A DNA stretch of 63,218 nt, filler included, from Octopus bimaculoides (taxonomy: Eukaryota): NCBI RefSeq assembly GCF_001194135.2. It is 4 parts of 4 records of this genome, joined end to end, with 100 filler letters (N's around TTAATTAATTAA, not from the genome) between each part and the next. Parts side by side here need not be neighbours in the genome. Positions count along the whole stretch, not along the records: positions 1 to 26,125 come from NC_069009.1; 3 more parts are not named here. One strand, written 5' to 3'. The stretch's first letter is position 1. Each line of letters begins with the position of its first letter. Below, one piece after another: positions 10,640 through 21,466 of this stretch. Position numbers and translations under genes: made by a program. The notes under the pieces are model-generated. The model did not search any database and was not told where the DNA came from. It saw nothing but the letters and a program-made list of their open reading frames with translations.

Positions 10640-11110
10640 TGGTGCCATTTCACATTTAGAGCCATTCATAGCTTAGGTGGTTGGGTGAGCAGTTCAGAAG
10701 CAGACATCAAGATGTGGAAGGCACAAACATGGACAGAAACTGCCTGTCACAAAAGGCGGTGAACTGGTAGAAACGTTAGCACGCCAGGCAAAATACTTAA
10801 TGGTATTTCACCTGCCGTAACGTTCTGAGTTCAAATTCCGCCGAGGTCGACTTTGCTTTTCATCCTTTCGGGGTCGATAAATTAAGTACCAGTTATGCAC
10901 TGGGGTTGATGTAATTGACTTAAATCCATTTGTCTGTCCTTGTTTGTCCCCTCTATGTTTGGCCCCTTGTGGGCAGTGAAGAAATAAGAAACAACCTGTC
11001 ACAAACTAAAGAAGCCTGAAACTCCAAATTGGTCAGACAAATCAAAATCAAACTCTAGCCGTGAGATATGGTCACTGACCAAGGAATTATCAAACAGGCT
11101 GAATTGTTAC
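10640..11110 (+). mobile_element. Degenerate RTE-clade LINE fragment interrupted by a SINE
   Basis: Translates LGGWVSSSEADIKMWKAQTW-ACHKLKK...SKLVRQIKIKL...CEIWSLTKELSNRLNCY, resembling the RTE post-RT region (YLGS..SSExDIK.RK..AW.A..KL; LYGCETWTLTK.L..RLDGCY). Confidence 0.65.
10755..10990 (+). mobile_element. SINE family C (tRNA-derived; central box resembling the MetaSINE-type domain), full length with TSD
   Basis: GGCGGTGAACTGG...GAGTTCAAATTCCGCCGAGGTCGACTTTGCTTTTCATCCTTTCGGGGTCGATAAATTAAGTACC; TSD CCTGTCACAAA at 10743-10753 and 10995-11005. Confidence 0.85.
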
Positions 11111-11464
11111 GACACTAAGTTTCTTCTTTCCTTTATAGTGATAGCGTTGATGACTAATTAGACCAGTTCTTGCATAGAAGAGAGTCAACAACATGGAGGA
11201 CGAGATTGATTTTCTCAAGCCTTTCTCTCCTGTCATTTGATTTCTTCCTTTTCTGGTAATTTTGTTTTTGGTTCCAGTGGTGATGGAACACTGCCACCTG
11301 GTATGGTCTCGGGCTTGTTTCAAATGATTCTATGACTAAAATTACTATGATTATGGATCGAAACCATACATTTAGTCTTTTATCTTACACTTGTTATCTT
11401 ACCAAGCTGGAGCACTGCCTTGAAGTGTTTAGTTTAGTTTTTTCAACCATCATGTGTGTGTGTG

Positions 11465-11497
<33 letters not shown>

Positions 11498-11502
11498 ATA
11501 TA

Positions 11503-11535
<33 letters not shown>

Positions 11536-11911
11536 GTATATATATATATATANNNNNNNNNNNNNNNNNNNNNNNNNNNNNNNNNNNNNNNNNNNNNNNN
11601 NNNNNNNNNNNNNNNNNNNNNNNNNNNNNNNNNNNNNNNNNNNNNNNNNNNNNNNNNNNNNNNNNNNNNNNNNNNNNNNNNNNNNNNNNNNNNNNNNNNN
11701 NNNNNNNNNNNNNNNNNNNNNNNNNNNNNNNNNNNNNNNNNNNNNNNNNNNNNNNNNNNNNNNNNNNNNNNNNNNNNNNNNNNNNNNNNNNNNNNNNNNN
11801 NNNNNNNNNNNNNNNNNNNNNNNNNNNNNNNNNNNNNNNNNNNNNNNNNNNNNNNNNNNNNNNNNNNNNNNNNNNNNNNNNNNNNNNNNNNNNNNNNNNN
11901 NNNNNNNNNNN

Positions 11912-12180
11912 AGACGGAAACTGAAAGAAGCCCGTCGTATATATGTATATATGTGTGTGTGTCTGTGTTTGCGTGTCTGTGTTTGTCCCCCTACCATTGC
12001 TTGACAACCGATGGTGGTGTGTTTGCGTGTCTGTAACTTAGCGGTTCGGCAAAAGAGACCGATAGAATAAGTACTAGGCTTCCAAAGAATAAGTCCTGGG
12101 GTCGATTTGCTCGACTAAATGCAGTGCTCCAGCATGGCCGCAGTCAAATGACTGAAACAAGTAAAAGAGTAAAAAGAGTA
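11912..12180 (+). mobile_element. SINE family A, 3' two-thirds
   Basis: Body with internal (TG)n, GTAACTTAGCGGTTCGGC, and GACTGAAACAAGTAAAAGAG tail. Similar pieces at 8408-8480, 18540-18735, 20515-20740 and 47165-47310. Confidence 0.8.
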
Positions 12181-12559
12181 TATATATATATATATACACA
12201 TGCATATAGATTCAAAATAAGGAACAACATTCTCTTCCCAATTCAACTAACTCATATATATATAAAAGGCATAATCATTCATGATGAATCTCTCACGGAA
12301 AGATGAAAGCACTAGATAAATAATGATCCAGAATCCTGACTACTTTTAGTATATAAAATCTGTACACTACTTCAGACAATCTACAGAGAGAGAGAGAGAG
12401 AGAGAGATCAGTGATAGGATTCTTTAGAATCTAGGTATATCAGCATGTAAGGTGCCAGAAGGTATTAGTTACAGCCTACATAAGTATATCATGTAATGTA
12501 ACAATAATATAGTATATGACCTCACTATTTTACTAAATATTATTATTTTACTCTTTTTA

Positions 12560-12861
12560 ATATAATTATATAATTATATATAATTATATTACCTCTTGTT
12601 AAATGGCACTGTAGTTGCGTGTGAAAATATAATTTGTTGTATATCATGGATGCATAATGAAATACCATATCCGTACCATCTAAGGAGATGTAAACCGTAA
12701 TGATAGACACCAATTACAATCAATTTGTAGTAGTAGAAATACTTATGATACAGCTAGCACGGTAACAACGCCGGTTAATGAAGTCAGGAGTGCCTTATAT
12801 ACAAATAAAAATGATAAATGCTCATGCAAAGAAAAATCAAAATGTCCTTTGATGAATCTCT
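12560..12861 (+). mobile_element. Penelope-like element fragment (partial duplicate of 13632-13864)
   Basis: ~233-bp near-identical direct repeat ending in the K-C-S-C-(K/R)-E-K-S-K-C-P-L-M-N-L zinc-knuckle-like segment that precedes the PLE GIY-YIG domain. Confidence 0.65.
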
Positions 12862-13003
12862 CTATATTCGTATATGTGTGTATGTTAATTTGACATAGAT
12901 TTTTGCGATTCTTTATGTATGCTTATGAGTGATGTGGATGTATGTGTATATGGAGATATATACACACACATATATGTGTGTATTTGTATATATGTATGTA
13001 TGC

Positions 13004-13480
13004 ATCATCATCGTCATCATCGTCGTTTAATGTCCACTTTCTATGCTGGCATGGGTTGGACAGTTTGACTGAGGACTGGCAAACCAGTAGGCTGCACCAG
13101 GCTCCAATCTGATCTGGTAAGGTTTCTACAGCTGGATGCCCTTCCTAACGCCAATCACTCCAAGAGTGTAGTGGGTGCTTTTACATGCCGCCGGCACAAG
13201 GCCCAATCAGGCGGTACTGGCAACAACCACGCTTAAAGGTGTTCTTTACGTGCCACCTGCACAGGAGCCAGTCTGGCAACGACCATGCTCGAATGTTGTT
13301 TTTCACATGTCACCAGTACATGTGACAGTAAGGTGACACTGGCAACGATCACACTTGAGTGGTGATTTTTATGTGCCACCGGCATGGAAGCCAGTCAGTG
13401 GCCCTGGCAACGATCATGCTCAGATGGTGTTTTTTATGTTCCACTGGCACAAGTGCCAATCAGGCGGTACTGTCATCGGC
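13004..13480 (-). mobile_element. Short retroposon with (GAT)n tail and internal sub-repeats (family R; 3' end resembles RTE-type LINE tails)
   Basis: Plus strand reads (CAT)n-CGTTTAATGTCC...CATGGGTTGGAC...TTTCTACAGCTGGATGCCCTTCCTAACGCC. Other copies at 1960-2170(-), 5130-5337(+), 14995-15185(+), 21349-21452(-), 22140-22530(+), 23165-23370(+) and 62722-63120(-). Confidence 0.75.
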
Positions 13481-13631
13481 TGCATCAGCGATATACGTGT
13501 GTATGTGTGTATATATATATATTGGATACGAAACATAAGAAAATCAGTGCTGGTTGTAATTTCTATAGAAAATCTGTAGGGATCACTGCTAACACAGTAG
13601 AATGCAGTTTTGACTTATAAAAACGTTTAAC

Positions 13632-14400
13632 ATAATTTGTTGTATATCATGGATGCATAATGAAATACCATATCCGTACCATCTAAGGAGATGTAAACCG
13701 TAATGATAGACACCAATTACAATCAATTTGTAGTAGTAGAAATACTTATGATACAGCTAGCACGGTAACAACGCCGTTTAATGAAGTCAGGAGTGCCTTA
13801 TATACAAATAAAAATGATAAATGCTCATGCAGAGAAAAATCAAAATGTCCTTTGATGAATCTCTGTATGAGTACAAATCTTGTATATAAATGTACTGTGC
13901 ACACAAGGAAGAGCCATATGTTTACATTGGGCAGTCAGCTGATTCATTTAAGAATCATTATCGTAACCATGTTGCCAGTTTTAAGTCAATCAATAAGAGA
14001 ACATTTAACATCTTTGGCAGATTTTGTATGGCAACTGAAGGAGGATAGGATGAAGTACAGCATTAATTGGTCCATAGTAAGGTATGCAAAACTATACAAT
14101 ATAATTTCCAGATCCATATCTGTTAACGGTTATTTTCAATACTTTTCTCGCTGGATTGTTTGTTCATTTCTCTTTTTGTCATCCACGATTTTATTTTCAA
14201 TCTTCTATATAAAGATATTTCCTCCATCTGGCTGCTTTCTATAAAACAGGCAGTTACATTGTGGAACAGTTATTTTAACGAGTTGTATTTATTTATTTAT
14301 GAGATACATCTGCACCACTGGATGCTCCTGAACCAGTTGTTGAGTGTCCCACCCATGAGGAATCAATGCTACATGTGTCGAAACAATTGTCGTGATTAAT
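13632..14400 (+). mobile_element. Penelope-like element, GIY-YIG/C-terminal relic
   Basis: CPLMNLCMSTNLVYKCTV...TSLADFVWQLKEDRMKYSINWSIVRYAKLYN matches the PLE C-terminal pattern CPL..CL...VYKATV...T.LS..IW.LK....Y.I.WSI. Confidence 0.75.
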
Positions 14401-14458
14401 AATAAATTCTAGTATATTCCATCTTCCATCTTTCATTTGCCTTATCTGTCTATCTATC

Positions 14459-14491
<33 letters not shown>

Positions 14492-15234
14492 TAAAAATGG
14501 GGAAGGCTAGTTTATGTGATTACCTTAGGTTTCTCGTCCATAAAGGGTTTAGCTTTATGGTGTATTGTCAGATCCCAAAACCTGTTGACCCAAGAGCTCT
14601 TAAAGATATGAAGTAGGAATATATACTGTTCTATATCCAAGAGTGTGCTTCTCCTTTCAGATTTATATTTTTTACAGACGATTGCCAATATCTATATCTC
14701 TTTCTTCCTTTACTCAACCATCTCATTTATACTCTGATCCCCATTCCTTGTGAGTATGCCCAGCATTTTGCCACCATCTCTATCCTGTGGTTTCCCACTC
14801 TCTTTCTCTCTCTTTCTCCTGCACTTCCCTCGGGTTGGGCAACCATGTATTTTCATTGCAGTAGCACACCTGTTTCTGTCTTCATTCCTAATCTTTTGCT
14901 CTCCTGCCGGGTAACCTTGTACTTCCTCTTCAGCAAGACACCTATATCTGTCTCACTATAACCTTTTTCATCATCACCCCCTCCAATGCTTCTCCCCCTC
15001 TTAAAAGTTTTTGTCTTGCATGTATTTGGTGACCCTGTCAGTGCAGGTGCCACTTAAAAGCACCCAGTCCACACTGTAAAGTGGTTGGTGTTTGGAAGGG
15101 CATCCAGCTGTAAAAATCCTGGTGCCATCCCACCTATGCTAGCATGAAACACAGATGTTAAATGATGATGATGATGATGATGTTGATATATATAATATGT
15201 ATATATATATTATATATCTATCTATCTATCTATC

Positions 15235-15274
<40 letters not shown>

Positions 15275-15750
15275 TTGAATAACCACCTTATCAGATGCAC
15301 ATACACAAGGTATGTGTATGTAAATTTGTGCATGTGTCTATATATGCATCTGAGTGAATGTGTGTATAACCTTCTTGGTTCCCTGGTTGTGCTTTCAATT
15401 TAGTTCATATTACCTTTATTACACCCCATCTTAACTCTACTTACAATCTTTCCTTTCCCTTGCTTCTCTTGATGCCACCAAATAATGGCTGACCATCTCG
15501 TCCCATTGACTGTTAGTCTATAAAACCCTCTGATATCCTCAGAGGTTCTCAACCATTTTTTTTATCTCTGGACTCTTTTGATTACTATAGTATTTTATTC
15601 TGGTGGACTCCCATAGCCATTCTATGTTTAAAACAGTTTTATAGAAACAGCTTTCAAAATTCCTATTTTGTTATTAACACATTAACTTGTGTAGGTTGAA
15701 CTATGTTAGAGAGAGAAACCTAGCTGTTTCTTGCAATATATACCAATACA

Positions 15751-16135
15751 GTGGAGGTACAATGGCCCAGTGGTTAGGGCAGCGGACTCGCAGTCATAGG
15801 ATCGCGGTTTTGATTTCCAGACCGGGTGTTGTGAGTGTTTATTGAGCGAAAACACCTAAAGCTCCACGAGGCTCCGGCAGGGGATGGTGGCGGACCCTGC
15901 TGTACTCTTCCACCACAACTTTCTCTCACTCTTTCTTCCTGTTTCTGTTGTGCCTGTAATTCAAAGGGCCAGCCTTGTCACACTGTGTCACGCTGAATAT
16001 CTCCGAGAACTACGTTAAGGGTACATGTGTCTGTGGAGTGCTCAGCCACTTGCACGTTAATTTCACGAGCAGGCTGTTCCGTTGATCAGATCAACTGGAA
16101 CCCTCGCCGTCGTAAGCGAAGGAGTGCCAACAACA
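15751..16135 (+). mobile_element. SINE family B (tRNA-derived), full length with TSD
   Basis: A-box TGGCCCAGTGG, B-box-like GGTTTTGATTTCC, (CAA)n tail, 11-bp TSD ATACCAATACA at 15740-15750 and 16136-16146. Confidence 0.85.
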
Positions 16136-16734
16136 ATACCAATACATCCAAAGCAAAATCTTTTCAGGAGCCCTTAAAATATTGTTGTGGATCCCCAATT
16201 TACAATTTTGTTGCATGGACTGCACCCCCCCCCCAACCTTATATGAACTCTCAGGGGCCATTGGACTCTAGTTGAGAACCTCTGCTGTAAGTGAATGAGA
16301 ATTTTTTCTTTTTCTCTTTTTCACCTTTTTTCTTTTTCTTTTCTTCCTGTATTTCAATCCCTTAAACAAATTCATTTATACACTTTCAAATATATACATT
16401 ATACACTTATATATAATACACAAATATATACATTTATACACTTTCAAATTCATTTATACACTTTGAAATAGCATTCACTATTCATTCTCTCAACTGTAAC
16501 CTAGATGGTGGTGGGACTAAACTGGTGTCATGTTCTCTTTATGTCAACTGTTAAATTTTACTTGTAATTCACTTGATGAAGACGTATTTTATTTTTTAAC
16601 ATGATGTAATATTTTTGTTCATCAATAAAGAACATGTCTGAACATGTCTGTTGCGAACCTCAACCTATCTTATCTGTGTTATTACTTATATATACATGTA
16701 TGTGTGTATATATATGTACATACACACACACACA

Positions 16735-16771
<37 letters not shown>

Positions 16772-17140
16772 NNNNNNNNNNNNNNNNNNNNNNNNNNNNN
16801 NNNNNNNNNNNNNNNNNNNNNNNNNNNNNNNNNNNNNNNNNNNNNNNNNNNNNNNNNNNNNNNNNNNNNNNNNNNNNNNNNNNNNNNNNNNNNNNNNNNN
16901 NNNNNNNNNNNNNNNNNNNNNNNNNNNNNNNNNNNNNNNNNNNNNNNNNNNNNNNNNNNNNNNNNNNNNNNNNNNNNNNNNNNNNNNNATTAATGAGAGA
17001 GATGAAAGTTGGAATCTATGAGAATAGTTATTGATCACTACAGAGTCCCACCCTCAAGGGATTGATGCTTGATAGATTGAAACAATTATAATGATCAATA
17101 AAGATTCTTGTATCTTCCATCTTCTGTCTCTCTTATTAAC

Positions 17141-17194
<54 letters not shown>

Positions 17195-17299
17195 TTTGTG
17201 TGTGTGTATAGGCAAGAGAGAGAACGTTTGTATGTGTGTGTTTATTTATACAACTTATACATATGTGTATATTTATGTGTATTTATATGCTTCTTGCAG

Positions 17300-17468
17300 G
17301 ATGTCCAGTAGTCGTAATGTCGGCAGCACAGCTCACCAGACTGAACACATTGTCTCCTCCACGTACCGAAGAAGCTTGTATGCCCATTCCAGATATCACA
17401 GTACCGGACCAGTCGAACATGGCCTCTCCAAAGAAGTCTCCAGAAATCTCCTCCCGGAGGAAAACTGA
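17300..17468 (+). CDS. Probable last coding exon of the TIFA-like gene (W-MSSSRNVG...SRNLLPEEN*)
   Basis: Acceptor TTCTTGCAG|G at 17299/17300. Phase 2 matches the donor at 4295 (TG+G = Trp). The sequence is non-repetitive and relatively GC-rich amid microsatellites. Stop at 17466-17468, AATAAA at 17558-17563. Intervening exons hidden in N-gaps cannot be excluded. Confidence 0.55.
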
Positions 17469-17557
17469 ATATTTATCGGGGGAAAAATCTAAACCTCTGC
17501 TTATTCACATACTGGAAGGGACTCTAAGATGCATACAGACATCTTTGGTATTCACAA

Positions 17558-17563
17558 AATAAA
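17558..17563 (+). promoter_or_regulatory. Candidate polyadenylation signal
   Basis: AATAAA ~90 nt after the predicted stop, followed by a U-rich tract. Confidence 0.4.
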
Positions 17564-18867
17564 GGGACTTCAGTGGGTTATATATATATATTATTATTTT
17601 TTTTTTTTTGAAACAAACCCTCTCACAGACTTGTCCCCATCTGGGTAAAGAAAGGACATGCGTGCGTGTGTATATGAATATATCAGTGTGTGAGTATATG
17701 CATATGTGTTCATGCACATATGTGCATAAATGCTTGAAGTCTTGCGAATGGATTTGGGAAGACAGAAACTGAGAGAAATCTGTCATATATATAAATTCTT
17801 CTGAATTTATATATATATATATATATATATNNNNNNNNNNNNNNNNNNNNNNNNNNNNNNNNNNNNNNNNNNNNNNNNNNNNNNNNNNNNNNNNNNNNNN
17901 NNNNNNNNNNNNNNNNNNNNNNNNNNNNNNNNNNNNNNNNNNNNNNNNNNNNNNNNNNNNNNNNNNNNNNNNNNNNNNNNNNNNNNNNNNNNNNNNNNNN
18001 NNNNNNNNNNNNNNNNNNNNNNNNNNNNNNNNNNNNNNNNNNNNNNNNNNNNNNNNNNNNNNNNNNNNNNNNNNNNNNNNNNNNNNNNNNNNNNNNNNNN
18101 NNNNNNNNNNNNNNNNNNNNNNNNNNNNNNNNNNNNNNNNNNNNNNNNNNNNNNNNNNNNNNNNNNNNNNNNNNNNNNNNNNNNNNNNNNNNNNNNNNNN
18201 NNNNNNNNNNNNNNNNNNNNNNNNNNNNNNNNNNNNNNNNNNNNNNNNNNNNNNNNNNNNNNNNNNNNNNNNNNNNNNNNNNNNNNNNNNNNNNNNNNNN
18301 NNNNNNNNNNNNNNNNNNNNNNNNNNNNNNNNNNNNNNNNNNNNNNNNNNNNNNNNNNNNNNNNNNNNNNNNNNNNNNNNNNNNNNNNNNNNNNNNNNNN
18401 NNNNNNNNNNNNNNNNNNNNNNNNNNNNNNNNNNNNNNNNNNNNNNNNNNNNNNNNNNNNNNNNNNNNNNNNNNNNNNNNNNNNNNNNNNNNNNNNNNNN
18501 NNNNNNTATATCTACGTGTGTGTGTTTGGGTCTTTGTCACACCCCACCCTCATCACTGCTTGACAACTAGTTTTCGTGTGTTTATGCCCCTATAATTTAA
18601 CACTTTGGAAAAAGAAACTGATGGAATAAACACTAGACTTAAGAAATTAAGTTCTGGGATCAATTTGTTCAGCTAAAACCCTTCAAGGCAGTGCTTCAGC
18701 ATGGCCGCAGTCAAAAGACTGAAACAAGCAAAAGAATATATTTTATATATATATATATATTTGTGTGTGTGTGTGTGTATATATAATAGAGGATAAAAAT
18801 TTTTGAAAAAATTTTATCAGTGCCCAGCATATTAAAAAGGAAGACTAACTAAGGTGAAATTATAAGT

Positions 18868-19383
18868 ATGATTATAATAAAGGCTTAGAAAAAATTTTCT
18901 AGCCTATATGCTGAGAAATAGACGCTAAATCGTCTCACCAGAAATGTGGCAGGGAAGAAAACTTCTTACTACAGAATCACACCTCTGCCTATAATGACTG
19001 GCGTTCAAAAACTTTAAAAAATCTTAATTTGTAATTGTGTAAGTACTTCAAATTTGTTATCTGCGTACTTAGCTAAAAGTTATTTGTCTCTGTTATTTAA
19101 TTAGTCAAGAGAACAGGAAATAAGTGTGAGGGAGTGCTTTTCAGTCCGATAAATATATCAGATGCAGTTCACGTGACTATATCAAGGGAGAGGTGTGGCA
19201 CTCACACACACACAGACATACATGCAGAAATGTGCGCATATTTATTTACATACACACATATATGATTGTGTGTGCATGTATAAATATATATATGTGTGCG
19301 TGTGTGTATATATATATGATTATAATAAGGGCTTAGAAAAAATTTTCTAGCTTATATGCTGAGAAATAGACGCTAAATCGTCT
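18868..19383. repeat. 68-bp direct repeats flanking ~380 bp
   Basis: ATGATTATAATAA.GGCTTAGAAAAAATTTTCTAGC.TATATGCTGAGAAATAGACGCTAAATCGTCT at 18868-18935 and 19316-19383 (2 mismatches). Confidence 0.85.
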
Positions 19384-19609
19384 AAAAGAGTCACAAACAT
19401 GTGTTGAGTTTGATGCAACAGGCCAATTGAAATTATTAATAAAATAGATAGCCCTAGAGTAGCTAATTTCTAGATCTACCCAATGGCTTTTCCGTCTTCA
19501 GCAGAGCATACATAGAAAATAAATGAGATATTTATACATTTCCTGTGGTTGTGTATAAATTTCTCATTTATTTTCTTTTAAGCTAGTATGTAGCTTTTAA
19601 GTAACTAAC

Positions 19610-19918
19610 CCCAAATGGGAAGATCCGCAAACAGATCTCTGACTTGTTTTGGAGAATCTGTTGCAATTGCTTCCTCCAGAGTCATATCCCAATGATCATC
19701 ATATTTGTCGCAAAAAATCATGTAAAAAAATTGCTGGAAACAGTTACAGTAATGAAAACATAAGAATCCAAAATTTCAGGATTGTGGGTCTGGATTCAGC
19801 CCGGAATGTTTTTGATTTACTCACTTGATTCCAAAATGGTATGATATGTTGCGTTATGGCCTCTAGGAGTAAATATGAAAAAGTGTGACACACTGACATT
19901 CACATTTATTATATTAGA
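19610..19918 (-). mobile_element. Internally deleted Helitron with RepHel coding relic
   Basis: TC 5' end at 19918. The minus strand of ~19612-19720 translates DDHWDMTLEEAIATDSPKQVRDLFA, resembling the Helitron Rep-helicase linker motif DDxxWxxTLxEA...SPxQLRxLFA. Confidence 0.65.
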
Positions 19919-19989
19919 TATGTTTAATTTTGGAGAAACTGTATTTCAATTAAAGTGTATTTTCTATATATGTGTGTGTTTGTGTGTAT

Positions 19990-20029
<40 letters not shown>

Positions 20030-20099
20030 TTATATATTAAAGAAAGCAAAAAATAAAACAAATTTATGCTGGCCACAGGAATTTCTATCCAGGAAAGTT

Positions 20100-20127
20100 G
20101 TACATCATCTCCCTCTTTCTCTCACAT

Positions 20128-20158
<31 letters not shown>

Positions 20159-20388
20159 TATAATTACTCCCATTGCCACCACCAACACTACTACTTTAAA
20201 TAAAACATCATCAACTCTCCCTAAATTTCTGCCTCTCTCTCTCTCTCTCTCTGCCTTTGCCACTGCCCTCACCATCTCTATGCTTACTATTACTCTCACC
20301 CCAGCACGAGGAAGTGTCATTGAATAGTGAGGGGGTCAAAGTGTGACACTGACAAACAGAAATTAATTTTCGCATTTATTATATTAGA
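20100..20388 (-). mobile_element. Helitron-like non-autonomous element, 5' end
   Basis: Reverse-complement homologue of 1444-1620, including the internal GTGAGAGTxATAGTAxGCATAGAGA segment. Confidence 0.55.
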
Positions 20389-21466
20389 TATACATATGAG
20401 AATATATAAAACGATATGCAATCTATGTGGGTGTCTTTTCAGATCATTGTCTGGTTTAAAACGTCACATCAGATGCCATGATGAATCTGAGGTGTAAGTA
20501 CAAGAGGTGATGCATATGTGTGTGTCTTTGTGTCTGTTTGTCCTCCACCACTACTTGATAACTGGTGATGGTGAAACACATTCCTGTAACTTAGTGGTTC
20601 AGCAAAAGATGTTGATTGAATAAGTAACAGGCTTTAAAAAAGGGGAAAAATGTACTGGAGTCAATTCATTTGACTAGAAATTTTTCAAGGCTGTGTCCCA
20701 GCATGATGGCCACAGCATAATGACTGAAACAAGTAAAAAAAAAAAAAAAACAATAATAAAAATCATTAATTTCTACCCCTGCTCCTGTTTTACTAGACAA
20801 ACCACTTGGATATAATAAATTCTTCAAATATTTTGTGATATTTTGAAAATAAAAAACAAGACTGCCTATAGACAATGAATAGTGGCACCCCCCCCCCCAC
20901 CAAAAAAAATAACAAGAAAAACAAAATCAAAATAACAAATCAAAATAGAAATATATTTGTATTTGTAGGTCATTAATTTCCTATAGATTTGTTCACCTTC
21001 ATTAACATATTGATCGTTATGTTAACCATAACTACATCTGTACCCGTTTGATGACAACAATTTTTAGGTCATAATTATATTTCTTGCTTGCTTTAATTAA
21101 AGAAGTCTTGTTGACATTTTATTTCATTTATTTATTATTTTTTGTTTTTATTTTGAAGTAACTTTAGGTGTGGCTGTGCATCAGTCCCACTGCTTTGCAC
21201 CTTGGGCAAATGTCTTCTACTATATTCTAGGACTGACCAAAGCTTTGTCATGTGTACATATTGTACACACACACAATGTATATCTATATACATACACAAA
21301 CATACATATATATATACACACACACATATGTGTACATATATATATATATCATCATCATCATCATCGTCGTTTAACGTCCGCTTTCCATGCTAGCATGGGT
21401 TGGACGATTTGACTGAGGACTGGTGGAACCAGATGGCTACACCAGGCTCCAATATATATACATATA

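Noticed and set aside
17236-17562. Alternative frame GCPVVVMSAAQ...VFTK for the 17300 exon
   Set aside because: Needs a phase-1 donor, whereas the 4295 donor is phase 2. It stays possible only if an unseen exon lies in a gap.
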